Positions 45,134 to 58,928 are shown, counted from the stretch's first letter. The stretch: 64,000 nucleotides of DNA from Octopus bimaculoides (GCF_001194135.2 NC_068983.1:72799039-72863038); one strand, 5' to 3'. Translations and numbers: made by a program. The notes: generated from the sequence alone by a model not told the origin.

Positions 45134-46695
45134 ATGCTAAGTTATATTACTAAATTTGTTTTCTGCCAGTGGCAGGTGATTTTTCTGCAAATCCTATTTG
45201 CTTTTCACTTTAAACCTTAATCAACAACAGATGTAAAAAAAAAAAGACAAAAGAAAGTAATTAAATTTTTTGTTTGATTTGTTAGCAGCAAGCTAAGTTT
45301 CTCTTTTTCCTCTTCATTTCTTTATTTCTTTCTTTTTCTCTCCCTCTGGTATTATTGTAAGATTTGTTTATGATTTGGGTTGGATGATGTTATGGTGATG
45401 AGAAATATTAATTGAAGTTGTCAATAGGTTGGGTAATAAGATCAAGTTAATTAAACAGCTGGCCATATCAACAGGAATGATTTTAATAAACCAATGAGAG
45501 AGCTGCTATATGATTACTTTGACCTGGTACAAATAGCAATCAGATTTCCTTTTGAATTACACCCTATCATCTTAAAAATAGTAGAACAGTTGTGACCACC
45601 TTGTCTTTCTCAGACATAGCTGAGTCTAAGACTATATTGGCCAATGCCACCTTCTTCTAAGATGATTTGAGAGAGATTTAGCTGCTATTTCCATCACATT
45701 GCACAGAGGCAATGTAGCAGTTCCCTTGCTTGTTCATCTCATCTCTGTTATAGAAGTCTTACTGGCTTTTGGTACTTTTCCATTCCAATACTGACAATAA
45801 TTATTTCTAAACTTGGTGCAAGGCCTGCATTTTTGAGGGGATAGAATTAGTCAGTTATAGACCCAGTACTCAACTGATACCCGATTGACCCCCAGAGGAA
45901 TGAAAAACAAAGTTAGCGTCAGCAGAATTTGAACTCAGAACATGGAGTAAGGAGAAATACTGCAGGGAATTTCTTTCCAATGCTCTAACAATTCTACAAA
46001 TCCTGTAATTTTCTTTACCTGTTTATTTATTTTATGATTCAATCAAATAAAGACAGACAGCACCTATGACTTTCTTTCAGATCTGATGAAAGGATGTGTA
46101 AGATATTCTTAAACTAGAATTCATGTATGAATGTGTGTAACTAACCAAAGTGCACACCACTAATGGAGTATTTTATTTGTTTATCTATTTATTACTGTTA
46201 TTTTCATATGCTAATCAGATTAGTAATTAGCTAAGCAACTTTCTTTTATATGGCTAGGCTTATTTTTTTTTTATCTTATTAATTGTTGATTGCTTTATTT
46301 GCAATTTATTTATTTCTGCTGCATTTTGATCTTGTTGCCTCAAAAACCATATCCTCTATTATCTCTGTTGTTGTAAAGTGTACAAAACTAAATCTTATTT
46401 AATTCTACTTATGGCATTGATGTTCTTGTATAGTACTGAGATAGTAATCATAACAGTGATGTCAGAGACGATCATGTTGCTCTTTGTTTTTATTTTTACT
46501 TTTCAGTGTGTCATTCATTGTCGTTCTATTTATAGTCAAATCCTGCCACGGTCAACTTGGCCTTTATAAACCCTTCCAGGGTTTATAAAGTAACAGTCAG
46601 TACTGGAGTCCATGGAATTAGCTGATTCCTTCCTTCAAAACTGCTCACCTTGTGCCTAAATCAAAAGCCTTTATTATTATTATTATTATTATTAA

Positions 46696-47883
46696 GGTGG
46701 AGAGTTGGCAGAATCATTAGCACACTGGACGAAATGCTTAGTGGTATTTTGTCCGTCACTACATTCTGAGTTCAAATTCTGCTGAGGCCAACTTTACCTT
46801 TCACCCTTTCGGGGTCAATATGATAAGTACCAGTGGAACACTGGGGTCAATGTAATCGACTAGTTCCCTCTCCCAAAATTCCAGGCCTTGTGCCTGTAGT
46901 AGAAAGGATTATTATTATTATTATTATTATGGCAAGCTGGCAGAATTGTTAGAGCAGCAGACAAAATGCCTAATGACATTTCTTCCAGTTGATTAATATT
47001 TTGATTCATACATTCAGAGTCAATAAAATAAGTACCAGTCAATACTGGGGTTGATGAAATCAACTTACCCATTTTCCACAAAATTTTAGGCCTTGTGCCT
47101 ATAGCATAAAGGATTATTATTATTATTCAGGCAGAATCATTAGCACACCAGGCAAAATGCTTAGTGGCATTTTGTCTGTTTTTACAGTGGAGTTCAAATT
47201 CCACCAAGGTCGACTTTGCCTTGTAGCCTCAAAAAGCATATCTTCTATAATCTCTGTTGCTGTAAAGTGTACAAAATTAAATCTCATTTAATTCTCCTTA
47301 TAACATTGATGTTCTGTCATAGTACTGAGATAGTAGTCATAATAGTGAAGTCAAAACTGATCAGGGTCAATAAAGTAAGTAACAGTTGAACACTGGGGGT
47401 CGATGTTTACAACTTACCTCCTCCCTAAAATTGCTGGCCTTGTGTCAAAATTTGAAATTATTGTTATTATTATTTGGACAGTAGGCTGGCAGAAGAGTTA
47501 GAGTGCTGGAAAAAATGTTTCGTGGTATTTCTTCCAGCCCTTTACATTCTGAATTCAGATCCCCTAATGCTAACTTTGCTTTTCATCTTTTCAGGGTCAA
47601 TAGAATAAAGTAGCAGTCAAGTACTTTATCAATCTTAACCTATAGATGCAATAGACTAGTATGTCATATTAATATTTCCATCTTGGGGTAGCGAGCTGGC
47701 AGAATTGTTAGCACACCAGGCAAAATCCTTAGCAACATTTCATCCATCTTTATGTTCTGAGTTCAAATTCTGCCAAGGTTGACTTTGCCGTTCATCTTTT
47801 TGCGGTTGATAAAATAAACACCAGCTGAGCAATTTATCCCCTTTGCTGAACTTCTTGGCCTTGTGCCAAAATTTTAAACCAAT
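46696..47883 (+). repeat. Head-to-tail cluster of about 5 SINE family 2 copies separated by (ATT)n
   Basis: Repeating unit ggcagaatc-ttagc...gagttcaaattc...taagtaccag...ggccttgtgcc-(att)n. Confidence 0.8.
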
Positions 47884-48041
47884 ATTTCTATTGTGGGTGA
47901 TCTGTGGTTTGTTTGCCAAAATTACTGATACTTGGCGTGTGCATGTATACTCTTTTTTTTTATTCTTTTACTTGTTTCAGTCATTTGACTGTGGCTATGC
48001 TGGAGCACCGCCTTTAGCATTTTCTTATGAAAATATTATTT

Positions 48042-48405
48042 GCTGTGTGGTAAGTAGCTTGCTTACCTACCACATGGTTCCAGGTTCAGTCCCACTGCGT
48101 GGCACCTTGGACAAGTGTCTTCTAATATAGCCGCGGGCTGACCAAAGCCTTGTGAGTGGATTTGGTACACGGAAACTGAAAGAAGCCCGCCGTATATATA
48201 TGTATATGTATATATGTGTTTGTCCCCCCCACATCGCTTAACAACCAATGCTGGTGTGTTTACGTCCCCGTAACTTAGTGGTTCGGCAAAAGGGACCGAT
48301 AGAATAAGTACTAGGCTTCCAAAGAATAAGTCCTGGGGTTGATTTGCTCAACTAAAGGCAGTGCTCCAGCATGGCCACAGTCAAATGACTGAAACAAGTA
48401 AAAGA
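48042..48405 (+). mobile_element. SINE family 1, full-length copy
   Basis: Reverse-complement match to 44742-45133. Confidence 0.85.
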
Positions 48406-49544
48406 ATATGTTGTGTGTGAGAGAATTGAGAAGAAAGAGTAAATGAAGTTACATTATACATTTTTTCCATGAGTATATAAATTGTCTCATTTGTTGATTT
48501 CAGTAGCGTAGTAGATTATATGTAATTAGGTCAAATTCTTAATGCCTATTTATTCATACATATATATATATATATATATACATGCACAAGTGCATATAGA
48601 TATATACATACATGCACACATCTACATATGTTCAGGTGTGTGCATGCACACACACACACATATACACGCACACATTAAATTATTATGTTTGTAAAGTTGT
48701 CTCCACCTCTTTGAAATACTGAAGTTTACCAATGTCAAGATTAGGAAGGCTTTTATTAGCTAATGCTGCAGATAACATTTTGGCTTTCACTTTTAAAGGA
48801 TTAATTTAATCATAAACTGATTAATTATGGGAAGCGGAGGAAAATGACAGTAACAATTGAAATAAGTATGATTCTGAAAATGTTGATACTCTAGGGTATT
48901 TATTTATTTATTTATTTATACAGCTTTTGAAATGATCACATTTGCTTTAGTTAACTATTATGATACTGGCTGACTTTGAAATCAGTCTTTTTAGATATAT
49001 CTTACGAAATGTATTGTTGCATTGATGTAATAATGTGAAAGTATAAATATCTCTTGAATTGCTGATGTGCTGTTATAAGAGCTCTGGTTGAGCCCTGGTT
49101 TCAGGGTGTTAAAGAGATCAAGGAGGGATAGATTTCTTCCACCTGGTTATGTTATTGTTCGTTTGATGCAGTACATTTTAATTCATCACCTGGTTTAACA
49201 TCTCTGCCATTTGCAGAATTCACTCTGTTGCAAGTATTCACTCCAGGTCTCTAACTCACTGTCTTGATCTTCTGATTCCTACTACTGCAAACCATGAACT
49301 GCATTTCCTTACCACCACCACCACCACCACCACCAGTCTTGGAGATCCTGCAAGACATCTTTCTTTGACTAATCCATATAATTTGAGGCAATGTAGAATA
49401 GTTTGCCACTTATGCCTTTTTTATGGCATTAGTTACCTCAATTCAGCAAGTTATTTATTTTAATAGTTCTAATTCCATTCCATTCATTGGTAAATCAATA
49501 CCTTACTTACAGTGTCTTCTGACATTGTGAAAAAAAAAAAGTAT

Positions 49545-49985
49545 TATTATTATCATCTTCTTTCAATTTTGTTTCCATTTCTTGCGTAGTGTCTTCCCAA
49601 CACCTAGAGCAAAGAAATTCACTGGATACATTGGTAGGCCATTGAAACAAACATGCTAGATTGTTCATTTACAAAGTCATATAACAGAAAAAAAAAGGGA
49701 GAAAAGAAGGGAAAAACAACAACAAAAAAAAAAACGAAGAAAATAAGCGGTGGGGAAAGAAAATTCAGTGACAACTGGTACGTCATACGTATTGACAAGA
49801 GCATTAAGATCATTTTTTGCACTTCCTGCATAGATGGTGTAAACCAAGGATCATCCTCAAATAATTTTCAGTTCCCTTTATGATAATTTCAAGTGCTCCT
49901 ACAATCATTGCATTGTAACTGTCTTGAAATGCCACATTTTTCGATTTCAGTCAGCAAATCTTTATATTTTCTGAGCTTATCAAAT
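49545..49985 (-). mobile_element. RLE-type (R4/Dong-like) non-LTR retrotransposon 3' remnant
   Basis: Frameshifted KLRKYKDLLTEIEK/MWHFKTVT/IVGALEIIIKGTENYLRMILGL/PSMQEVQKMIL, the restriction-like endonuclease C-terminal motif; (TAA)n at both ends. Confidence 0.6.
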
Positions 49986-50847
49986 TATTATTATTATTAT
50001 TAAGGTGGCAAGCTGACAGACTCATTAGAGAATTGGAAAAAAGATTCTTTGTTATATCTTTTCCAATTTTTAATATTCTTCTGAGTTCAAATTCTGCAGA
50101 AGTCAAGTTTACTTTTCATCCTTTCAGGGGGTCAATAAAATAAAGTACCAGTCAAGTATTAGGGCAATGGCAATAACTAACCCCTCCCCTTACAATTGCA
50201 GGCCTTGAGCCTAACTCAGAAATTATTGTTATTATTTGTTGCCAGAAAGATGCAGTGCAGGCACTAGCATAGCTAGAGTGTGTGCTGCCCAAGGCGGCCT
50301 CTCTGTTTGCCAGCCCCAGACCCCACAGAAAGCACATATTGCCTACAGCAGACCGAAAAGTGCTGCCCCACTACCGTCCCCACCTCCTAGATATGCTAGT
50401 GAGTGCAGGTATCTTTCCAGGTCCTCTCAAGCTGATGAGATTAATACAGTTGTTCAGCTTAAATTTCTGCTTGCAAGATGTCTGTAGGAAGTATATGAGA
50501 AAGACAGTAGCCCTAGAATGCTGCAGTTCTGAGGAGGAAGATATACAAGCAAAGAACATTAAATAGAGTGAGGGAGAGAGAGAGAGAGAGAAGAAAGACA
50601 CAAAGTAAAAAAAAAACAATTTCTTTTCTATAGTATTATATAATTTATCAACAATACTCCTCCCTCCAAGTTATTAGAAGACCAGGAGGGGGAAGTAACA
50701 TTGTTTTTGCCAGCAATGTGACACAAATCCAAAAACCTGGCTGCCAACATGGCTAATAAAATAACATAGACATATTGGTCCCAAATCTTGTGTTTTCTAC
50801 TGTGCTTATTTGTCTGAATGATTAACAATCAAAAGAACAACCTTGCA

Positions 50848-51125
50848 CAGGCATAGCTGTGTAGTAAGAAGCTTGCTTCCCAACCACATGGTTCAGGGTT
50901 CAGTCCCACAGTGTGGCAAATCAAACAAGGGTCTTCTGCTATAACTTTGGACCAGCCATGGCTCTGTGAGTGGATTTGGTAGATAGAAACAGAATGAAGT
51001 TCATCATATATATGTGTGTGTATGTGTGTCTTTGTGTATGAGTTTGTCCACCACCACTGCTCAGCAACTGGTAGCTAGTCGTTTATAACCCCATAACTTA
51101 AAAAACTTGATAGAATAAGTATCTT
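50848..51125 (+). mobile_element. SINE family 1, diverged copy
   Basis: Same head and central motifs, decayed. Confidence 0.6.
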
Positions 51126-52379
51126 CTGACTAAATATTGGTTCCAAATTTTGGCACAAGGCCAGCAATTTCAAAGACAGGAGTAAATCTTTACATTCTGA
51201 GTTCAAATTCCACCAAGATCAACTTTGCTTTTCATCCTTTCAGGGTTGATAATATAAGTATTAGTTGAACACTGGGGTCGATGTAATAGACTTACCCCTT
51301 CCCCCAAATTTGCTGGCCTTGTGCCAAAAATTTGATATCAATATTTTTGCATACACCCACCTTCCAGCCCCTTATACCTTGTTTCCATTTGTACGGAATC
51401 AAGTTCATGTGTTAATGGATAAACAACTTAATCTAGATTAACTGACACTTAATCACTGAAATAAATCCCACCAAACTCTCCCTATTTGTTTCCCTACTTA
51501 ACACTTCTCTTGTCATCCATCAGCTTTTACATCATATCTAAATACTTTATATTAATGAAAAGAATTTCTCATTACCCCACCTCTCTCTCTCCACCTACTC
51601 CCTAACTTAATGGTATCACGTTAGTTACTTTAATTACCCTTTTAACAGTTACACCTCTTCCATTATAATATTACCTTCAATACTATACAACATTACACTG
51701 ATCTTCCATCTAAAGCTTGTTGGTTCAATTATTCCTTCTCATGTTTTTACCTCAATACTGTAACCCAGCAGGTAAATCAATATTTTTTGCTGTTTTGTTT
51801 TTCGTTACCCTTCCCTGCTAATATATATATCTTATATGAAGATATCTCTAGTTCAGTGATTTTCAATATTTAGCCACACACTTCAGTTGGCTTCACTTGT
51901 TCAGCTTTAATGAACTGCTAATTTTGTCTTTCTTTTTTCTGTTTATTGTTTACACTACATTTCAATTGATTTTTGTAAATACACTCACACACAGATACAT
52001 ATAGGAAGTGAGTATATATACAAATCTGTGTGTGTGTATTTAGAAGCTGACAATTCCTTTAGTTAGTAGTCAAAACCTTTTTATGCACATTCATCATTCA
52101 AGTGTACAGAGCAACATATATTGTACTACATTCATTGAAAACCCTTTCTTTCATTTGTACTTCTATCTGTCTGTCCATCTATCTATCTGTCTGCCCCCCC
52201 CCCTCTCTCTCTCTCTTTGAAATGGAGAGGGTCTTACATCAAGGATGTATTTCCTATTATATATTACACAATGATCTAAAATGTATGAGTTACATGCTTT
52301 CAAAATATCATTATTTAGTTTGACTTCATTATTATGACATGATGTATATATATATAAGCCAGCTTCAAGAAATATAATA

Positions 52380-52690
52380 TTGACACCAAGGACTGGGAGA
52401 GAAATACTCAGGATCAAGATCACTGGAAATCCATCATCAAAGAGGGACTAATAACTTTTGAGACTAACAGGACTGCCAAACAAGAAGAGGCACAGAAAAG
52501 ATAGACAAGAACAATCAAGAAAGGACCTTCCATCCAGAACTACATGTCTCACTTGTGGAAGGAACTTCCAAGCAAGAATTGGACTCATCAGTCACCTCAG
52601 AATCCATAAATAACTATAAAAATAAAATAAAATAAAAAGAACAAAGACCATAATCTTCTATATCAAGGGATAGCCACAATGATGATGTTG
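52380..52690 (+). mobile_element. Second RTE-type (BovB-like) LINE 3' end with CCHH zinc knuckle
   Basis: DTKDWERNTQDQDHWKSIIKEG... then CLTCGRNFQARIGLISHLRIHK*, short UTR and (GAT)n. Confidence 0.75.
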
Positions 52691-53819
52691 AAATTTATGT
52701 AACCCTGTGTGACAGGCAGTGAAAACAATGCTATACACACTCAGTATACATACATAGTTGAGTTTATATAGTCAACAGATGAGATCCCAAGATTCTCAGT
52801 ATAGAAACACTTAGTAGTGCTCAAATGATTCAAACTTAAACTACAATGCTTTTACAAGGAATCAATTCCACAGGATAAAAAATGGCTATAAGAAGGACCA
52901 AGTTGAACAGATATGGAGGCAAATATGCAAATAAACAAATTAGATATAACAGTTTGGATATGAAATACAAAATATGTATACATGCAAAATGAGAGAAAGC
53001 AAAAAGTGAAGACTTCCAGATGATGATTATTTAAGTATGGATATATAGATACTTATAGTAGTGAGGAAGGCAAACAATCAATTTGCCTTCCTCACTACTT
53101 TAACCAATACCTACTGACTCAAGCTGCAAACTGCCAGGTTTTTTTTTTTTTTCAACAAGAAATTCACGCAACCACATCTGGCCATTGTTCTACTGGAATT
53201 TTGGTGGATTACCTATTGGAGCACTCAGAACACATACCTGTTAGTTTGGGTTACCTTGACCTAAACTCCTCATATCTTCTGTATAGATATTTATATTAAT
53301 AGATCAACATAGAGTACAAATGACAGAAAAAATTAAAGAGAAGAAAGAAAGGTGTTATAAGTCCAGTAGAATTGATATATTTAGTTACTTACTGTCAAAT
53401 TTCCATGTAACCACAACTTAAAAGTTTTGTTGATGGTTATTACATAAAAGTGGGGAAAGCTTTGTTTTAAAATTCCACTTGATTGTAGCTTTTCTTAAGT
53501 TAGATAAAGTTCTCAATATATATTTGCAGAATAATGTATATTGTCTTGTAAATATGTATCTATATTTAGTAACTATACCATTAAATCTACACAATGGTTT
53601 AACAGTTACCTAGTTAACCACTTTCTACTTTAAAACATTGTATGAATTATGCTCTAATTCCATTATTCTATAGTCTTGCATTACAAAATTTGTTTACTTT
53701 TATAGAAAAGATGGCTGTACAAAGATGTATGTAGTAAATCTTTTGGGCAGTTACATCACCCTCTGATATTATGACTTACTTCCTACTTTTAATAAGGCCA
53801 TATATATTTATTGATGATT

Positions 53820-54125
53820 ATGCCTTCAATCTTACTGTGATAAGATGACTAAAAATGTTGTGTTCTTGTTTGAGCTTCTGACTGAGGAGTTTTGTGTTGG
53901 AACAATCATTATACACAATCTTAAGAAACTAGACATAATGTTGAAGTTCTACACTGTAAGTGATGAAGTGAAGTTAATGTAAAGCGGAACATTGCATAGA
54001 GCAAAACAGAAAGATCCTGATCATGTGTCGATGGAGTGGATTTATTAGAGTGAACATATGCCATTTAGGGACTAATGATTATGAAACAAGCAAAAATCTG
54101 TTGCAAATAACTGTAAAGGTTGAGA
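53820..54125 (+). mobile_element. Tigger/pogo transposase N-terminal (CENP-B-type HTH) remnant
   Basis: EEFCVGTIIIHNLKK..LKFY..SDE.KLM*..TLHRAK..D.D.V.MEWI...EHMP..GLMIMKQAKI with stops. Confidence 0.7.
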
Positions 54126-54337
54126 AAGAGAAAACATAGGAGGATCTGTTAATTATGATTTTATTCAACAGATTCCTCTCTCGCATTCACATACTTATTG
54201 CAGTAGCCCTTTAGTTTTTCTAAACCCTGTAAAAATTAACAGACACTCTTCAACCTCTGGCCCACAAGCATGCTGACTCCTCTCTCTCTCTCTCTCTCTC
54301 AACTATAATGACGTTTTTGTCATGGGTATGATTTTAA

Positions 54338-54558
54338 CTCTTTAGCATTCAAATTTCTTTATCAGATGTTACACTTATTTATTCACATTGTTTTGAATTA
54401 ATTATGTATTATCTTGTAGCTTCATGATTTCAAATGATTTGATTGTTTACTTTTAGAATGACATGGTGAGGTAGGTGTGAGAGGTCAGATCTGCTTGGTT
54501 TGAGGTAAAAACAGGTAGAATATTCCAACCAGATATGGCTGGTTTAAATGCTAAAGGG
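54338..54558. mobile_element. piggyBac-like MITE
   Basis: TTAA|CTCTTTAGCATT...AATGCTAAAGGG|TTAA; related copies at 5311-5523, 16666-16872, 31150-31315. Confidence 0.7.
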
Positions 54559-55022
54559 TTAAATTATACCAGGTAGTGGGGCCTTGGTTCAAGAGTTCCA
54601 GGGTTTTAAGGAGTGTGGAACTACCTCTTACTCCCTAGTCTTCCAAGGTCTATTCTAATTCACAGCTGCAACCCTGACAGATGCTACTACTCTGGGGTTA
54701 ATTAGCATGCTATGGAAGAAACTTTCACTGCCTTGTGAGTGTCTTGGGAAAGGAAAAGGCTAAGAGAGTCGACCATCACAGCAAATCCATCTTTGACACC
54801 CTTCCGGCAACTTCAGGGTAGGTGGAGCTCTCCAGCCCTGTAAAGCAGTTCACCTTTGAGAAGGCCACTTCAGTGTAAAACCTACAATTTATTGGTCACT
54901 GCAATTGTCTTAAGCCACTGAACCACTGAGGTCAGACCCCTAAATCTAAAGAGTAGGATCGGATTGCACACAATGATTTTTACTTTAAAACTACTAAATG
55001 CAAGCAGGAAGAAAAGCTCTTA

Positions 55023-55260
55023 GGTGGTGAGCTGGCAGAAACGTTAGCACGCCGGGGGAAATACTTAGCGGTATTTCATCTGCTGCAACGTTCTGGGTTC
55101 AAATTCCGCCGAGGTCGACTTTGCCTTTCATCCTTTCGGGGTCGATTAAATAAGTACCAGTTACGCACTGGGGTCGATATAATCGACTTAATCCGTTTGT
55201 CTGTCTTTGTTTGTCCCCTATGTGTCTAGTCCCTTGTGGGCAGTAAAAAAAAAGAAGAAA
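55023..55260 (+). mobile_element. tRNA-headed SINE family 2, best-preserved copy
   Basis: GGTGAGCTGGCAGAAACGTTAGC...GGGTTCAAATTCC head; central GGTCGACTTTGCCTTTCATCCTTTCGGGGTCGAT; A-rich end; many other copies in the window. Confidence 0.82.
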
Positions 55261-56030
55261 AGCTCTGCAGCATCAGGTGTACCACTCTGCTTCATTATAA
55301 GGGTGTGTCACTGTGCCTCATGTTTTCAGGTACAAAGAAACTTCCATCATCATAATGTCCCCTGTCCCTTCTCTACTCAGACACCTCTGACCTACTCATC
55401 TCTCTACTTCTCATCATTTTTGTTGCATCTAAGGAGAAGGTCATGGACTATTACATCTTTTCCTTGTTCTTTATGTTATTCTCCACCCCCATCCTAGGAG
55501 TGACTAGACTGGGCACTGCTACTGGTTTACGATATATATGTTTGTAGCTGTGTAAACAATATTTCCCTGTCTGTTCTATCTAGACACATCCTTTGTAAAA
55601 CCTGTCCATTTTGACATTTTCAACATCTTTGTATAACTATAATCAAAAGTCTTACAAAACTCATTTATTTGTTTTCCTTAATTGCTTTTTGAACTACCTT
55701 TTGGTTTCCCTCTTCTGCAGTTGAGTGTAGACCCAACTCTTTTTTTTCCCTTTCACCTTCTCAGTTAAGTCACTGCTTGACATGACTGTGATATACATTG
55801 CATTTTCTTTGTTATTATTGCCCCTCAAAAGTAAATGACGGGGTTTGTGTGTGCATGAACAAACTGACACATTTGGAGACTTTTAGTAGTGCATTCAAAC
55901 TACAGTGATACTTAAGGCTCGTTTTGACCACCCTGCGCAAAATGGTGGTGGTGGTGATGCAGTTGTTGTTTAACACCAGGTCAGCCCTATTTGTGTAAGC
56001 CTTTGATCAAAAATATTTCAGCCATTCTTT

Positions 56031-56462
56031 TACTCTTTTACTTATTTCAGTCATTTGACTGCGGCCATGCTGGAGCACCGCCTTTAGTCGAGAAAATCGA
56101 CCCCAGGACTTATTCTTTGTAAGCCTAGTACTTATTCTATCGGTCTCTTTTGCCGAACCGCTAAGTTACGGGAGCGTAAACACACCAGCATCAGTTGTCA
56201 AGCGATNNNNNNNNNNNNNNNNNNNNNNNNNNNNNNNNNNNGGGGGGGGGGGGACAAACACAGACACACAAACACACATACATACATATACATATACATA
56301 TATACAACGGGCTTCTTTCAGTTTCCGTCTACCAAATCCACTCACAAGGCTTTGGTTGGCCCGAGGCTATAGTGGAAGACACTTGCCCAAGGTGCCACGC
56401 AGTGGGACTGAACCCAGAACCATGTAGTTGGTAAGCAAGCTACTTACCACACAGCCACTCCT
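56031..56462 (-). mobile_element. SINE family 1, full-length copy (gap in the middle)
   Basis: Near-identical to 44742-45133. Confidence 0.85.
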
Positions 56463-58077
56463 GTGCCTACTTTAAATTTTTTTTATTATTTTAATTTTTT
56501 TTTTTTTACAAGAATACAGTATTTCTACCTGACACACAAATGTGCTCTGCTAGAAATATCAGCTAAATCCACCTCTAATGACATTGTAGTAAATTTAAAA
56601 ACAAAAAAAATAGAGAAGGGTGTGTTGGTTAATGTAACCCCAGGTAAAAAAATGTGATGGCCATGACTAGAATGTCTTTCTGTATAAGCCTATGCAGTTA
56701 GAACTGATATTAGGATAAACAACAATAGCAGCTAGCAATTAGAGCAAACAGAGAGATTTCTCTATGTGGCTGCTCAATTGGCTGGAAATAGCAGCCAAAT
56801 CTCCTTCAAGTTACACCCTCACAGTTTGTGCTAAATAGTGGTGGTTTAAAAGAGGAATTGGGATAATAGACAGGCTTTAGAAAATTGCCTGAAGTAAAAG
56901 GAAGTGGCAAGAAAATTATATCTCGAAACTATGTAGAAAAGTAAATGACAGGTTTGCATTGTCAGTGGGGAAGAAGTGGTTAGGAAATAGGAAATAGGTG
57001 GACAGGGTTGTGAAACATTGTCAGGAAAAAAAAAGTAAAAATATAAACAAGGAAAGCCAAGATGTCATTGGGAAGAAGTATATCTAGAGTGACATTGTGG
57101 GAATATTTGAATGCAGGCAGGCAATGTTCAGTGGTGAAGTTGTTTTTCTTTGAGAGGTCTATTTAGACTGTTAGACATTGTTTAGTGTGACCCTGTGGGA
57201 GTAAGTATGAAGTGGATTGGGGAAACACTGGGATGGGTGTAGCAAATAGGCTATAATAGAGGAAAGAAGAGGAGACCAGTGACTGCATCAGAGAAATGGC
57301 CATTGTAGTAATGGTGGTGGTAGTAGTAGTAGCGTCATCATCATTCATCATCATCATTCATCATCATCACATGTTTTGAAAGTATTATATTTCTGAAAAT
57401 CTTGCTGTAACATGAAACATTTCCCTGTTCACTTTCATGTTCATTGATTTCCATGTAAAATAGAAGTCAATGATGGTGTGTTTATAGTCTTTAAAAACCT
57501 TATGCTAGGCAAAATGCTTAATGGTATTTCACCCGTCGCTACATTTGAATACCACCTTTCATCCTTCCGGAGTTGATAAATTAAGTACCAGCTATGTACT
57601 GGGGTCAATATAATCAACTAGCCCTCCTCTCCACACAATTTCCGGTATTGTGCCTATAGTAGAAAGGATTATTACTATTATTATTAATTCCGCTGAGGTC
57701 GACTTTGTCTTTCATCCTTTCAGGGTCGATAAAATAAGTACCAGTTGTGTACTGAGGTCAATGTAATCAACTATCCCCCACCCCAAAATTTCAGGCCTTG
57801 TGCCTATAGTAGAAAGGATTATTATTGTTGTTGTTATTATTAAGGCAGTGAGCTGGCAGAATCATTAGCATGCCAGACAAAATGCTGCCAAGCATTTTGT
57901 CTGTCTTTACATTCTGAGTTCAAATTCCACCGAGGTCGACTTTGCCTTTCATTCTTTCAGGGTTGATAAAATAAGTACCAATTGAGCACTGGGGTCAATA
58001 TAAAGAACTTACTCCCCTCCCCCAAAATTGCTTGCCTTGTGCCAAAATTTGAAACCATTATTAATATTAAGATGGCA

Positions 58078-58846
58078 TTATTTACATTATTTACAATTGA
58101 CGGATATTTGTCCTCATCTTGTTTGTTGTTAACACAATGTTTCAGCTGATATACCCTCCAGCCTTCATCAGGTNNNNNNNNNNACACAATGTTTCAGCTG
58201 ATATACCCTCCAGCCTTCATCAGGTTCCTTGGGGAAATTTCGAACCTGGGTTCTTATTCCTAAGGTATTTTTCGATGTTATTGTTGTTATTATTATTATT
58301 ATTGAGTGAGAGAGTAGTGCATGCCATCAAGTGACACTGGGGTAAAATATACGAAGCCCAATATACCCATCATGACTACCCGTCTGATAAGGGTACACCA
58401 GGCGCATGCATCATGCATCACAACCATATGTGCACGACATGGTGATCTCATATCAAGATAAACAGCACATGACCTTGCAGGTGGAGCCCAGTTAGAATTT
58501 TGGAGTAGCCCATCCCATTCAAATGGTCCTTGAATAAGGGTTGTTTAAGGATGTTGAACGAAACACCCATATTTCCAGAGGTGAATTATTCAAACCCCAA
58601 AGAATTCCTCTCAACACATGGCTATGGTGCTCCCCCACTACTTCTGCTCGTGATCAGAGATGCACATATCATCAGCCACCAAGGGACATGCTCAACTGGT
58701 TATGGTCAAACAACTGATATGCAAGTCTGTGGTATTAAGCAGAATATTTGCTGTAGCCCATCTTTTATACCAAGACAAAACAATGTACATGATAACACTT
58801 TGAATCAGTTAAGATCAGAAGCCATGAGAGCCACTGCCTGGTACTG

Positions 58847-58887
<41 letters not shown>

Positions 58888-58928
58888 TCACTGCTTGAAA
58901 TCAAACTCGGAATCTTGAGGTTAGTAGC
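58078..58928 (-). mobile_element. Inverted second copy of the composite element, interrupted in its (ATT)n by a 544-bp insert
   Basis: 58078-58303 is the reverse complement of the tail at about 59040-59190; 58884-58928 is the reverse complement of 58963-59007. Confidence 0.55.
58304..58847. mobile_element. Unclassified interspersed repeat inserted within an (ATT)n tract
   Basis: Sharp (ATT)n boundaries on both sides; higher GC; no convincing ORF. Confidence 0.45.

Noticed and set aside
46078-46130. Third hammerhead-like string (CTGATGA-AAGGAT...ATTCTT-AAAC)
   Set aside because: Lacks the G of GAAA and has no clear stem I/III; at best a dead relic.
50236-50566. Overlapping 83-94 aa ORFs in a GC-richer patch
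   Set aside because: No recognisable motif, no good donor, and flanked by repeats.
58132-58225. Apparent tandem dimer of the hammerhead-like motif (42 bp twice)
   Set aside because: The copies flank a 10-N gap exactly, so this is most likely assembly overlap rather than a true dimer.
1098-58334. Long ORFs full of X in the supplied track
   Set aside because: They stay open only because N gaps contain no stop codons.
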